Source: the human T2T-CHM13v2.0 reference genome, Homo sapiens
DNA: 64,000 bases
Assembly (NCBI RefSeq): GCF_009914755.1
Contig: NC_060933.1
Strand: one strand, 5' to 3'
Below the pieces are notes generated by a model. The model saw nothing but the letters and a program-made list of their open reading frames with translations, did not search any database and was not told where the DNA came from. A program made the position numbers and the translations under genes. Positions 1 to 13,300 of this stretch are shown here, one piece after another. The first letter of the stretch is position 1; each line of letters begins with the position of its first letter.

Positions 1-3000
1 TGGAATGGAATGGAATGGAATGGAATGGAATTAACCCGAATAGAATGGAATGGAATGGAATGGAACGGAACGGAATGGAATGGAATGGAATGGAATGGAA
101 TGGAATGGAATGGAATGAACCCGACTGCAGGGGAATGGAATGGAATGGAATGCAATGGAATGGATTCAACCTGAATGGAATGGAAAGAATGGAATCAACA
201 CGAGTGGAATGGCATGGATTGGAATGGAATGGAATGGAATGAACCCGAGTACAGGGGAATGGAATGGATTGGAATGCAATGGAATGGAATCATCCGTAAT
301 GGAATGGAAAGGAATGGAATAGAATGGAATGGAATGGAATGGAATCAACTCGATTGCAATCGAATGGAATGGAATGGAATTAACCCGCATAGAATGGAAT
401 GGAATGGAATGGAACTTAACGGAACGGAATGAAATGGAATGGAATGGAACGGAACGGAACGGAACGGAATGGAATGGAATGGAATGGAATGGAATGGAAT
501 GGAATCAACGCGAGTGCAGGGAAATGGAATGGAATGGAATGCAATGGAATGGAATCTTCCGGAATGGAATGGAATGGAATGGAATGGAATGGAATGGAAT
601 GAAATGCAATGGATTCAACTCGATTGCAATGGAATGGAATAGAATGGAATGGAATGGAATGGAATGGAATGGAATTAACCCAAATAGAATGGAATGGAAT
701 GGAATGGAACGGAATGGAACGGAATGGAATGGAATGGAATGGTATGGAATGGATTGGAATGGTACGGAATAGAATGGAATGGAACGAATTGTAATGGAAT
801 GGAATGGAATGGAATGGAATGGAATGGAATGGAATGGAATCAACGCCAGTGCAGGGGAATGTAATAGAACGGAATGCAATGGAATGGAATCATCCGGAAT
901 GGAATGGAATGGAATGGAATGGAATGGAATGGAATGGAATCAACCCGAGTGCAATGGAATGGAGTGGAATGGAATGGAATGGAATGGAACAACCCGAATG
1001 GAATGGAATGTAATGGAGAGTAAGGGAGTTGAATAGAATGAATCCGAATGTAATGGAATGGAATGCAACGGAATGGAATGAAATGGAATAGAATGGAATG
1101 CAATGGAATGGAATCAACCCGAGTACAATGGAATGGAATGGAATGGAATGGAATGGAATGGAATGGAATGAAATGGAATGATACGGAATAGAATGGAATG
1201 GAACGAAATGGAATGGAATGGAATGGAATGGAATGGAATCGTTCCGAGTGGAATAGGAGGGAATGTATTCCAGTGGAATGGAAAGGAATGGAATCAACCA
1301 GAGTGGAATGGAAGGAAATGAAATGGAATGGAAACTAATAGAATGGAATCAAACCGAGTGGAATGGAATGGAAAGGAGTGGAATGGAATGGAATGGAATG
1401 GAATCAACTCGATTGTAATGGAATGGAATGGATTGGAATGGAATGGAGTGGAAAGGAATGGAATCAACCCGAGTGCAGGGGAATGGAATGGAATGGAATG
1501 CAATGGAATGGAATCATCCGGAATGGAATGGAATGGAATGGAATGCAAAGCAATGGACTCAACTCGATTGCAATGGAATGGAATGGAATAGAAAGGAATA
1601 CATTGGAATCAACCCGACTGGAATGGAATGGAAAGGACTGGAATGGAGTGGAATGGAATGGAATGGAATGGAATCAACTCGATTGGAATGGAATGGAATG
1701 GAATGGAATGGAATTAACCCGAATAGAATGGAATGGAATGGAATGGAACGGAACGGAATGGAATGGAATGGAATGCAATGGAATGGAATCATCCGGAATG
1801 TAACGGAATGGAATGGAATCAACTCCATTGCAATGGAATGGAATGGAATGGAATGGAATGGAATCAACTCGATTGGAATGGAATGGAATGGAATGGAATG
1901 GAATTAACCCGAATAGAATGGAATGGAATGGAATGGAAAGGAATGGAATGGAATGGAATGGAATGGAATGGAATCAACCCGACTGCAGGGGAATGGAATG
2001 GAATGGAATGCAATGGAATGGATTCAACTTGAATGGAATGGAAAGAATGGAATCAACACGAGTGGAATGGCATGGATTGGAATGGAATGGAATGGAATCA
2101 ACCCGAGTACAGTGGAATGGAATGGAATGGAATGCAATGGAATGGAATCATCCGTAATGGAATGGAAAGGAATGGAATGGAATGGAATGGAATGGAATGG
2201 AATGGAATGGAATCAACTCGATTGCAATCGAATGGAATGGAATGGAATTAACCCGAATAGAATGGAATGGAATGGAATGGAACGGAACGGAACGGAATGG
2301 AATGGATTGGAATGGAATGGAATGGAATGGAATGGAACGGAAAGGAATGGAATGGAATGGAATGGAGTGGAATGGAATGGAATGGAATCAACGCGAGTGC
2401 AGGGGAATGGAATGGAATGGAATGCAATGGAATGGAATCTTCCGGAATGGAATGGAATGGAATGGAATGGAATGGAATGGAATAAACCCGAGTGCAATGG
2501 AATGGAGTGGAATGGAATGGAATGGAATGGAACAACCCGAATGGAATGGAATGTAATGGAGAGTAAGGGAGTTGAATAGAATCAATCCGAATGTAATGGA
2601 ATGGAATGGAACGGAATGGAATTGAATGGAATGGGATGGAATGCAATGGAATTTAATCAACCCGAGTGCAATGGAATGGAGAGGAATGGAATGGAATGGA
2701 ATGGAAACTACCCGAATGGAATGGAATGGAATGGAGTGTAAGGGAATTGAATAGAATCAATCCGAATGTAATGGAATGGAATGGAACGGAATGGAATGGA
2801 ATGGAATGGAATGGAATGCAATGGAATGGAATCAACCCGAGTGCAATCGAATGGAATCGAATGGAATGGAATGCAATGGAATGGATTCAACTTGAATGGA
2901 ATGGAAAGAATGGAATCAACACGAGTGGAATGGCATGGATTGGAATGGAATGGAATGGAATCAACCCGAGTACAGGGGAATGGAATGGAATGGAATGCAA

Positions 3001-6000
3001 TGGAATGGAATCATCCGTAATGGAATGGAAAGGAATGGAATGGAATGGAATCAACTCGATTGCAATCGAATGGAATGGAATGGAATTAACCCGAATAGAA
3101 TGGAATGGAATGGAATGGGACGGAACGGAACGGAATGGAATGGAATGGAAGGGAATGGAATGGAACGGAAAGGAATGGAATGGAATGGAATGGAATGGAA
3201 TGGAATCAACGCGAGTGCAGGGGAATGGAATGGAATGGAATGCAATGGAATGGAATCTTCCGGAATTGAATGGAATGGAATGCAATGGAATGAAATGCAA
3301 TGGATTCAACTCGATTGCAATGGAATGGAATAGAATGGAATGGAATGGAATGGAATGGAATGGAATGGAATGGAATAAACCCGAGTGCAATGGAATGGAG
3401 TGGAATGGAATGGAATGGAATGGAATGGAATGAAATGGAATGATACGGAATAGAATGGAACGGAACGAAATGGAATGGAATGGAATGGAATGGAATGGAA
3501 TGGAATGGAATGGAATCGTTCCGAGTGGAATAGGAGGGAATGTATTCGAGTGGAATGGAAAGGAATAGAATCAACCAGAGTGGAATGGAAGGAAATGAAA
3601 TGGAATGGAAACTAATAGAATGGAATCAAACCGAGTGGAATGGAATGGAAAGGAGTGGAATGGAATGGAATGGAATGGAATCAACTCGATTGTAATGGAA
3701 TGGAATGGATTGGAATGGAATGGAGTGGAAAGGAATGGAATCAACCCGAGTGCAGGGGAATGGAATGGAATGGAATGCAACGGAATGGAATCATCCGGAT
3801 TGGAATGGAATGGAATGGAATGCAAAGCAATGGAATCAACTCGATTGCAATGGAATGGAATGGAATGGAAAGGAATACATTGGAATCAACCCGACTGGAA
3901 TGGAATGGAAAGGACTGGAATGGAGTGGAATGGAATGGAATGGAATGGAATCAACTCGATTGGAATGGAATGGAATGGAATGGAATGGAATGGATTGGAA
4001 TGGATTGCAATGGAATGAAATGAAATGGAATGGAATGGAATCAATCATGGAAGGGAATGTAATGGAGTGGAAAGAAGGGAATGGAATCAACACGAGTGGA
4101 ATGCAAGGCAATGGAATGGAATGGAAAGGAATGGAATGGAATCAACTCGATTGCAATGGAATGGAATGGAATGGAATGGAATGGAATCAACCCGAGTGCA
4201 ATGGAATGGAGTGGAATGGAATGGAATGGAATGGAACAACCCGAATGGAATGGAATGTAATGGAGAGTAAGGGAGTTGAATACAATCAATCCGAATGTAA
4301 TGGAATGGAATGCAACGGAATGGAATGAAATGGAATGGAATGCAATGGAATGGAATCAACCCGAGTACAATGGAATGGAATGGAATGGAATGGAATGGAA
4401 TGGAATGGAATGGAATGATACGGAATAGAATGGAATGGAACGAAATGGAATGTAATGGAATGGAATGGATTGGAATGGAATGGAATGGAATCGTTCCGAG
4501 TGGAATAGGAGGGAATGTACTCGAGTGGAATGGAAAGGAATGGAATCAACCAGAGTGGAATGGAAGGGTATGGAATGGAATGGAAACTAATAGAATGGAA
4601 TCAACCCAAGTGGAATGGAATGGAAAGGACTGGAATGGAATGGAATGCAATGGAATTAACCCGAATACAATGGAATGGAATGGAATGGAACGGAATGGAG
4701 TGGAATGGAAGGGAATCAACCCGAGTGCAGGGGATTAGAATGGAATGGAATGCAATGGAATGGAATCATCCGGAATGGAATGGAATGGAATTGAATGCAA
4801 AGCAATGGAATCAACTCGATTGCAATGGAATGGAATGGAATGCAAAGGAATACATTGGAATCAACCCGACTGGAATGGAAGGGAAAGGACTGGAATGGAG
4901 TGGAATGGAATGGAATGGAATGGAATGGAATCAACTCGATTGGAATGGAATGGAATGGAATGGAATGGAATGGAATTAACCCGAATAGAATGGAATGGAA
5001 TGGAATGGAACGGAACGGAATGGAATGGAATGGAATGGAATGGAATGGAATGGAATGGAATGAACCCGACTGCAGGGGAATGGAATGGAATGGAATGCAA
5101 TGGAATGGATTCAACCTGAATGGAATGGAAAGAATGGAATCAACACGAGTGGAATGGCATGGATTGGAATGGAATGGAATGGAATGAACCCGAGTACAGG
5201 GGAATGGAATGGATTGGAATGCAATGGAATGGAATCATCCGTAATGGAATGGAAAGGAATGGAATAGAATGGAATGGAATGGAATGGAATCAACTCGATT
5301 GCAATCGAATGGAATGGAATGGAATTAACCCGCATAGAATGGAATGGAATGGAATGGAACTTAGCGGAACGGAATGAAATGGAATGGAATGGAACGGAAC
5401 GGAACGGAACGGAATGGAATGGAATGGAATGGAATGGAATGGAATGGAATGGAATCAACGCGAGTGCAGGGGAATGGAATGGAATGGAATGCAATGGAAT
5501 GGAATCTTCCGGAATGGAATGGAATGGAATGGAATGGAATGGAATGAAATGCAATGGATTCAACTCGATTGCAATGGAATGGAATAGAATGGAATGGAAT
5601 GGAATGGAATGGAATGGAATTAACCCAAATAGAATGGACTGGAATGGAATGGAACGGAATGGAACGGAATGGAATGGAATGGAATGGAATGGAATGGTAT
5701 GGAATGGATTGGAATGGTACGGAATAGAATGGAATGGAACGAATTGTAATGGAATGGAATGGAATGGAATGGAATGGAATGGAATGGAATGGAATCAACG
5801 CCAGTGCAGGGGAATGTAATAGAACGGAATGCAATGGAATGGAATCATCCGGAATGGAATGGAATGGAATGGAATGGAATGGAATGGAATGGAATCAACC
5901 CGAGTGCAATGGAATGGAGTGGAATGGAATAGAATGGAATGGAACAACCCGAATGGAATGGAATGTAATGGAGAGTAAGGGAGTTGAATAGAATGAATCC

Positions 6001-8790
6001 GAATGTAATGGAATGGAATGCAACGGAATGGAATGTAATGGAATAGAATGGAATGCAATGGAATGGAATCAACCCGAGTACAATGGAATGGAATGGAATG
6101 GAATGGAATGGAATGGAATGGAATGAAATGGAATGATACGGAATAGAATGGAATGGAACGAAATGGAATGGAATGGAATGGAATGGAATGGAATGGAATG
6201 GAATGGAATGGAATGGAATCGTTCCGAGTGGAATAGGAGGGAATGTATTCGAGTGGAATGGAAAGGAATGGAATCAACCAGAGTGGAATGGAAGGAAATG
6301 AAATGGAATGGAAACTAATAGAATGGAATCAAACCGAGTGGAATGGAATGGAAAGGAGTGGAATGGAATGGAATGGAATGGAATCAACTCGATTGTAATG
6401 GAATGGAATGGATTGGAATGGAATGGAGTGGAAAGGAATGGAATCAACCCGAGTGCAGGGGAATGGAATGGAATGGAATGCAATGGAATGGAATCATCCG
6501 GAATGGAATGGAATGGAATGGAATGCAAAGCAATGGAATCAACTCGATTGCAATGGAATGGAATGGAATGGAAAGGAATACATAGGAATCAACCCGACTG
6601 GAATGGAATGGAAAGGACTGGAATGGAGTGCAATGGAATGGAATGGAATGGAATCAACTCGATTGGAATGGAATGGAATGGAATGGAATGGAATTAACCC
6701 GAATAGAATGGAATGGAATGGAATGGAACGGAACGGAATGGAATGGAATGGAATGGAATGGAATGGAATCAACCCGACTGCAGGGGAATGGAATGGAATG
6801 GAATGCAATGGAATGGATTCAACTTGAATGGAATGGAAAGAATGGAATCAACACGAGTGGAATGGCATGGATTGGAATGGAATGGAATGGAATCAACCCG
6901 AGTACAGGGGAATGGAATGGAATGGAATGCAATGGAATGGAATCATCCGTAATGGAATGGAAAGGAATGGAATGGAATGGAATGGAATGGAATGGAATGG
7001 AATGGAATCAACTCGATTGCAATCGAATGGAATGGAATGGAATTAACCCGAATAGAATGGAATGGAATGGAATGGAACGGAACGGAACGGAATGGAATGG
7101 ATTGGAATGGAATGGAATGGAATGGAATGGAACGGAAAGGAATGGAATGGAATGGAATGGAGTGGAATGGAATGGAATGGAATCAACGCGAGTGCAGGGG
7201 AATGGAATGGAATGGAATGCAATGGAATGGAATCTTCCGGAATGGAATGGAATGGAATGGAATGGAATGGAATGGAATAAATCCGAGTGCAATGGAATGG
7301 AGTGGAATGGAATGGAATGGAATGGAACAACCCGAATGGAATGGAATGTAATGGAGAGTAAGGGAGTTGAATAGAATCAATCCGAATGTAATGGAATGGA
7401 ATGGAACGGAATGGAATTGAATGGAATGGGATGGAATGCAATGGAATGGAATCAACCCGAGTGCAATGGAATGGAGAGGAATGGAATGGAATGGAATGGA
7501 AACTACCCGAATGGAATGGAATGTAATGGAGTGTAAGGGAATTGAATAGAATCAATCCGAATGTAATGGAATGGAATGGAACGGAATGGAATGGAATGGA
7601 ATGGAATGGAATGCAATGGAATGGAATCAACCCGAGTGCAGTCGAATGGAATCGAATGGAATGGAATGCAATGGAATGGATTCAACTTGAATGGAATGGA
7701 AAGAATGGAATCAACACGAGTGGAATGGCATGGATTGGAATGGAATGGAATGGAATCAACCCGAGTACAGGGGAATGGAATGGAATGGAATGCAATGGAA
7801 TGGAATCATCCGTAATGGAATGGAAAGGAATGGAATGGAATGTAATCAACTCGATTGCAATGGAATGGAATGGAATGGAATTAACCCGAATAGAATGGAA
7901 TGGAATGGAATGGGACGGAACGGAACGGAATGGAATGGAATGGAAGGGAATGGAATGGAACGGAAAGGAATGGAATGGAATGGAATGGAATGGAATGGAA
8001 TGGAATGGAATCAACGCGAGTGCAGGGGAATGGAATGGAATGGAATGCAATGGAATGGAATCTTCCGGAATTGAATGGAATGGAATGCAATGGAATGAAA
8101 TGCAATGGATTCAACTCGATTGCAATGGAATGGAATAGAATGGAATGAAATGGAATGGAATGGAATGGAATGGAATGGAATAAACCCGAGTGCAATGGAA
8201 TGGAGTGGAATGGAATGGAATGGAATGGAATGGAATGAAATGGAATGATACGGAATAGAATGGAATGGAACGAAATGGAATGGAATGGAATGGAATGGAA
8301 TGGAATGGAATGGAATGGAATCGTTCCGAGTGGAATAGGAGGGAATGTATTCGAGTGGAATGGAAAGGAATGGTATCAACCAGAGTGGAATGGAAGGAAA
8401 TGAAATGGAATGGAAACTAATAGAATGGAATCAAACCGAGTGGAATGGAATGGAAAGGAGTGGAGTGGAATGGAATGGAATGGAATCAACTCGATTGTAA
8501 TGGAATGGAATGGATTGGAATGGAATGGAGTGGAAAGGAATGGAATCAACCCGAGTGCAGGGGAATGGAATGGAATGGAATGCAATGGAATGGAATCATC
8601 CGGAATGGAATGGAATGGAATGGAATGCAAAGCAATGGAATCAACTCGATTGCAATGGAATGGAATGGAATGGAAAGGAATACATTGGAATCAACCCGAC
8701 TGGAATGGAATGGAAAGGACTGGAATGGAGTGGAATGGAATGGAATGGAATGGAATCAACTCGATTGGAATGGAATGGAATGGAATGAAA
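1..8790 (+). repeat. Tandem duplication, period about 4.8-4.98 kb (1-~3990 matches ~4946-8790)
   Basis: Shared rare variants: TTCAACCTGAA, ATGAACCCGAGTAC, TAACCCGCATAG, CAACGCCAGTGC, GAAGGAAATGAAATG. ORF offsets: 140/5085 and 175/5120 (4945), 1294/6274 (4980), 2033/6828 (4795), 3571/8376 (4805). Confidence 0.9.
551..565. promoter_or_regulatory. Perfect three-unit heat-shock element nGAAnnTTCnnGAAn (first of about 40-45 copies in the window)
   Basis: GGAATCTTCCGGAAT reads g-GAA-tc-TTC-cg-GAA-t. The motif match is exact; occupancy cannot be shown from sequence. Confidence 0.5.
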
Positions 8791-10330
8791 TGGAATTAAC
8801 CCGAATAGAATGGAATGGAATGGAATGGAACGGAACGGAATGGAATGGAATGGAATGGAATGGAATGGAATGGAATGGAATCAACCCGACTGCAGGGGAA
8901 TGGAATGGAATGGAATGCAATGGAATGGATTCAACTTGAATGGAATGGAAAGAATGGAATCAACACGAGTGGAATGGCATGGATTGGAATGGAATGGAAT
9001 GGAATCAACCCGAGTACAGGGGAATGGAATGGAATGGAATGCAATGGAATGGAATCATCCGTAATGGAATGGAAAGGAATGGAATGGAATGGAATGGAAT
9101 GGAATGGAATGGAATCAACTCGATTGCAATCGAATGGAATGGAATGGAATTAACCCGAATAGAATGGAATGGAATGGAATGGAACGGAACGGAACGGAAT
9201 GGAATGGATTGGAATGGAATGGAATGGAATGGAATGGAACGGAAAGGAATGGAATGGAATGGAATGGAGTGGAATGGAATGGAATGGAATCAACGCGAGT
9301 GCAGGGGAATGGAATGGAATGGAATGCAATGGAATGGAATCTTCCGGAATGGAATGGAATGGAATGGAATGGAATGGAATGGAATAAACCCGAGTGCAAT
9401 GGAATGGAGTGGAATGGAATGGAATGGAATGGAACAACCCGAATGGAATGGAATGTAATGGAGAGTAAGGGAGTTGAATAGAATCAATCCGAATGTAATG
9501 GAATGGAATGGAACGGAATGGAATTGAATGGAATGGGATGGAATGCAATGGAATGGAATCAACCCGAGTGCAATGGAATGGAGAGGAATGGAATGGAATG
9601 GAATGGAAACTACCCGAATGGAATGGAATGTAATGGAGTGTAAGGGAATTGAATAGAATCAATCCGAATGTAATGGAATGGAATGGAACGGAATGGAATG
9701 GAATGGAATGGAATGGAATGCAATGGAATGGAATCAACCCGAGTGCAATCGAATGGAATCGAATGGAATGGAATGCAATGGAATGGATTCAACTTGAATG
9801 GAATGGAAAGAATGGAATCAACACGAGTGGAATGGCATGGATTGGAATGGAATGGAATGGAATCAACCCGAGTACAGGGGAATGGAATGGAATGGAATGC
9901 AATGGAATGGAATCATCCGTAATGGAATGGAAAGGAATGGAATGGAATGGAATCAACTCGATTGCAATCGAATGGAATGGAATGGAATTAACCCGAATAG
10001 AATGGAATGGAATGGAATGGGACGGAACGGAACGGAATGGAATGGAATGGAAGGGAATGGAATGGAACGGAAAGGAATGGAATGGAATGGAATGGAATGG
10101 AATGGAATGGAATGGAATCAACGCGAGTGCAGGTGAATGGAATGGAATGGAATGCAATGGAATGGAATCTTCCGGAATTGAATGGAATGGAATGCAATGG
10201 AATGAAATGCAATGGATTCAACTCGATTGCAATGGAATGGAAAAGAATGGAATGGAATGGAATGGAATGGAATGGAATGGAAAGGAATAAACCCGAGTGC
10301 AATGGAATGGAGTGGAATGGAATGGAATGG
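6110..10330 (+). repeat. About 2.1 kb tandem higher-order unit (~6110-8215 and ~8215-10330; related copies at ~1150-3410 and partial ~3410-3990)
   Basis: ORF offsets 6274/8376 (2102), 7008/9115, 7043/9150, 7503/9610 and 7682/9789 (all 2107). Shared variants GGAATGGGACGG and TTCCGGAATTGA. Confidence 0.88.
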
Positions 10331-13300
10331 AATGGAACAACCCGAATGGAATGGAATGTAATGGAGAGTAAGGGAGTTGAATAGAATCAATCCGAATGTA
10401 ATGGAATGGAATGGAATGGAATGGAATGGAATCGTTCCGAGTGGAATAGGAGGGAATGTATTCGAGTGGAATGGAAAGGAATGGAATCAACCAGAGTGGA
10501 ATGGAAGGGAATGGAATGGAATGGAAACTAATAGAATGGAATCAACCCGAGTGGAATGGAATGGAAAGGACTGGAATGGAAAGGAATGGAATGGAATGGA
10601 ATGGAATGGAATGGAATGGAATGGAATCAACGCGAATGCAGGGGAATGGAATGGAATCGAATGGAATGGAATGGAATGGAATGGAATGGAATGGAATCAA
10701 CCCGAGTGCAGGGGAATGTAATGGAACGTAATGCAATGGAATGGAATCATCCGGAATGGAATGGAATGCAATGGAATGGAATCAACCCGAGTGCAATGGA
10801 ATGGAGTGGAATGGAATGGAATGGAATGGAACAACCCGAATGGAATGGAATGTAATGGAGAGTAAGGGAGTTGAAAAGAATCAATCCGAATGTAATGGAA
10901 TGGAATGGAACGGAATGGAATGGAATGGAATGGAATGGAATGGAATGGAATGGAAAGCAATGGAATGGAATCAACCCGAGTACAATGGAATGGAATGGAA
11001 TGGAATGGAATGGAATGGAATGGAATGGAATGGAATGCAATGGAATGGAATCTTCCGGAATGGAATGGAATTCAATGGATTCAACTCGATTGCAATGCAA
11101 TGGAATAGAATGGAATGCAATGGAATGGAATGGAATTAAACCGAATAGAATGGAATGGAATGGAATGGAACGGAACGGAACGGAACGGAGTGGAATGGAA
11201 AGGAATGGAATTGTATGGAATGGAATGGCATGGTACGGAATACAATGGAATGGAAAGAATTGGAATGGAATGCAATCGAATGGAATGGAATGGAAAGGAA
11301 TGGAATCAACCCGAGTGCAGGGGAATGTAATTGAACGGAATGCAATGGAATGGAATCATCCGGAATGGAATGGAATGGAATGGAATGGAATGGAATGGAA
11401 TGGAATGGAATGGAATCAACCCGAGTGCAATGGAATGGAGTGGAATGGAATGGAATGGAATGGAACAACCAGAATGGAATGGAATGTAATGGAGAGTAAG
11501 GGAGTTGAATAGAATCAATCCGAATGGAATGGAATGGAATGGAATGGAATGGAATGGAATGCAGTGGAATGGAATCAACCCGAGTACATTGGAACGGAAT
11601 GGAATGGAAGGTAATGGAATGGAATGGAATGGAATGGAATGGAATGGAATGGAATGGAATGGAATCAACCCGAGTGCAATGGAATGGAGAGGAATTGAAT
11701 GGAATGGAATGGAAACTACCCGAATGGAATGGAATGTAATGGAGTGTAAGGGAATTGAATAGAATCAATCCGAATGGAATGGAATGGAATGGAACGGAAT
11801 GTAATGGAATGTAATGGAATGGAATCAACCCGAGTGCAGGGGAATGGAATGGAATGGAATGCAATGGAATGGAATCATCCGGAATGAATGGAATGGAATG
11901 CAATGGAATGGAATGGAATGGAATCAACCCGAGTGCAATGGAATGGAGTGAAATGGAATGGAATGGAATGGAATGGAAACAACCAGAATGGATTGGAATA
12001 TAATGGAGTGTAAGGGAATTGAATAGAATAAATCTGAATGTAATGAAATGGAATGGAACGGAATGGAATGGAATGGAATGGAATGGAATGGAATGCAATG
12101 GAATGGAATCAACCCGAGTGCAATCGAATGGAATCGAATGGAATGGAATGCAATGGAATGGATTCAACTTGAATGGAATGGAAAGAATGGAATCAACACG
12201 AGTGGAATGGCATGGATTGGAATGGAATGGAATGGAATCAACCCGAGTACAGGGGAATGGAATGGAATGGAATGCAATGGAATGGAATCATCCGTAATGG
12301 AATGGAAAGGAATGGAATGGAAAGGAATGGAATGGAATGGAATGGAATCAACTCGATTGCAATCGAATGGAATGGAATGGAATTAACCGAATAGAATGGA
12401 ATGGAATGGAATGGAACGGAAAGGAATGGAATGGAATGGAATGGAATGGAATGGAACGGAAAGGAAGGGAATGGAATGGAATAGAATGGAATGGAATGGA
12501 ATCAACGCGAGTGCAGGGGAATGGAATGGAATGGAATGCAATGGAATCGAATCTTCCGGAATGGAATGGAATGGAATGGAATGGAATGGAATGGAATGGA
12601 ATCAACCCGAGTGCAATGGAATGGAGTGGAATGGAATGGAATGGAATGGAACAACCCGAATGGAATGGAATGTAATGGAGAGTAAGGGAGTTGAATAGAA
12701 TCAATCCGAATGTAATGGAATGGAACGGAATTGAATGGAATGGAATGGAATGGAATGGAATGGAATGCAATGGATTGGAATCAACCCGAGTGCAATGGAA
12801 AGGAGAGGAATGGAATGGAATGGAATGGAAACTACCCGAATGGAATGGAATGTAATGGAGTGTAAGGGAATTGAATAGAATCAATCCGAATGTAATGGAA
12901 TGGAATGGAACGGAATGGAATGGAATGGAATGGAATGGAAAGGAATCAACCCGAGTGCAATCGAATGGAATCGAATGGAATGGAATGCAATGGAATGGAT
13001 TCAACTTGAATGGAATGGAAAGAATGGAATCAACACGAGTGGAATGGCATGGATTGGAATGGAATGGAATGGAATCAACCCGAGTACAGGGGAATGGAAT
13101 GGAATGGAATGCAAAGGAATGGAATCATCCGTAATGGAATGGAAAGGAATGGAATGGAATGGAATGGAATGGAATGGAATCAACTCGATTGCAATCGAAT
13201 GGAATGGATTGGAATTAACCCGAATAGAATGGAATGGAATGGAATGGAACGGAACGGAATGGAATGGAATGGAATAGAATGGAATGGAACGGAACGGAAT

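Noticed and set aside
120-135. G-quadruplex potential at CAGGGG and GGAGGG words
   Set aside because: Runs of three or more G are isolated, so no four close tracts exist for a canonical G4.
557-564. TTCCGGAA as a STAT site, or GGAA repeats as EWS-FLI1 microsatellites
   Set aside because: Canonical GAS elements need TTC-N3/N4-GAA and the spacing here is N2. EWS-FLI1 response elements are (GGAA)n tetramers, not GGAAT pentamers.
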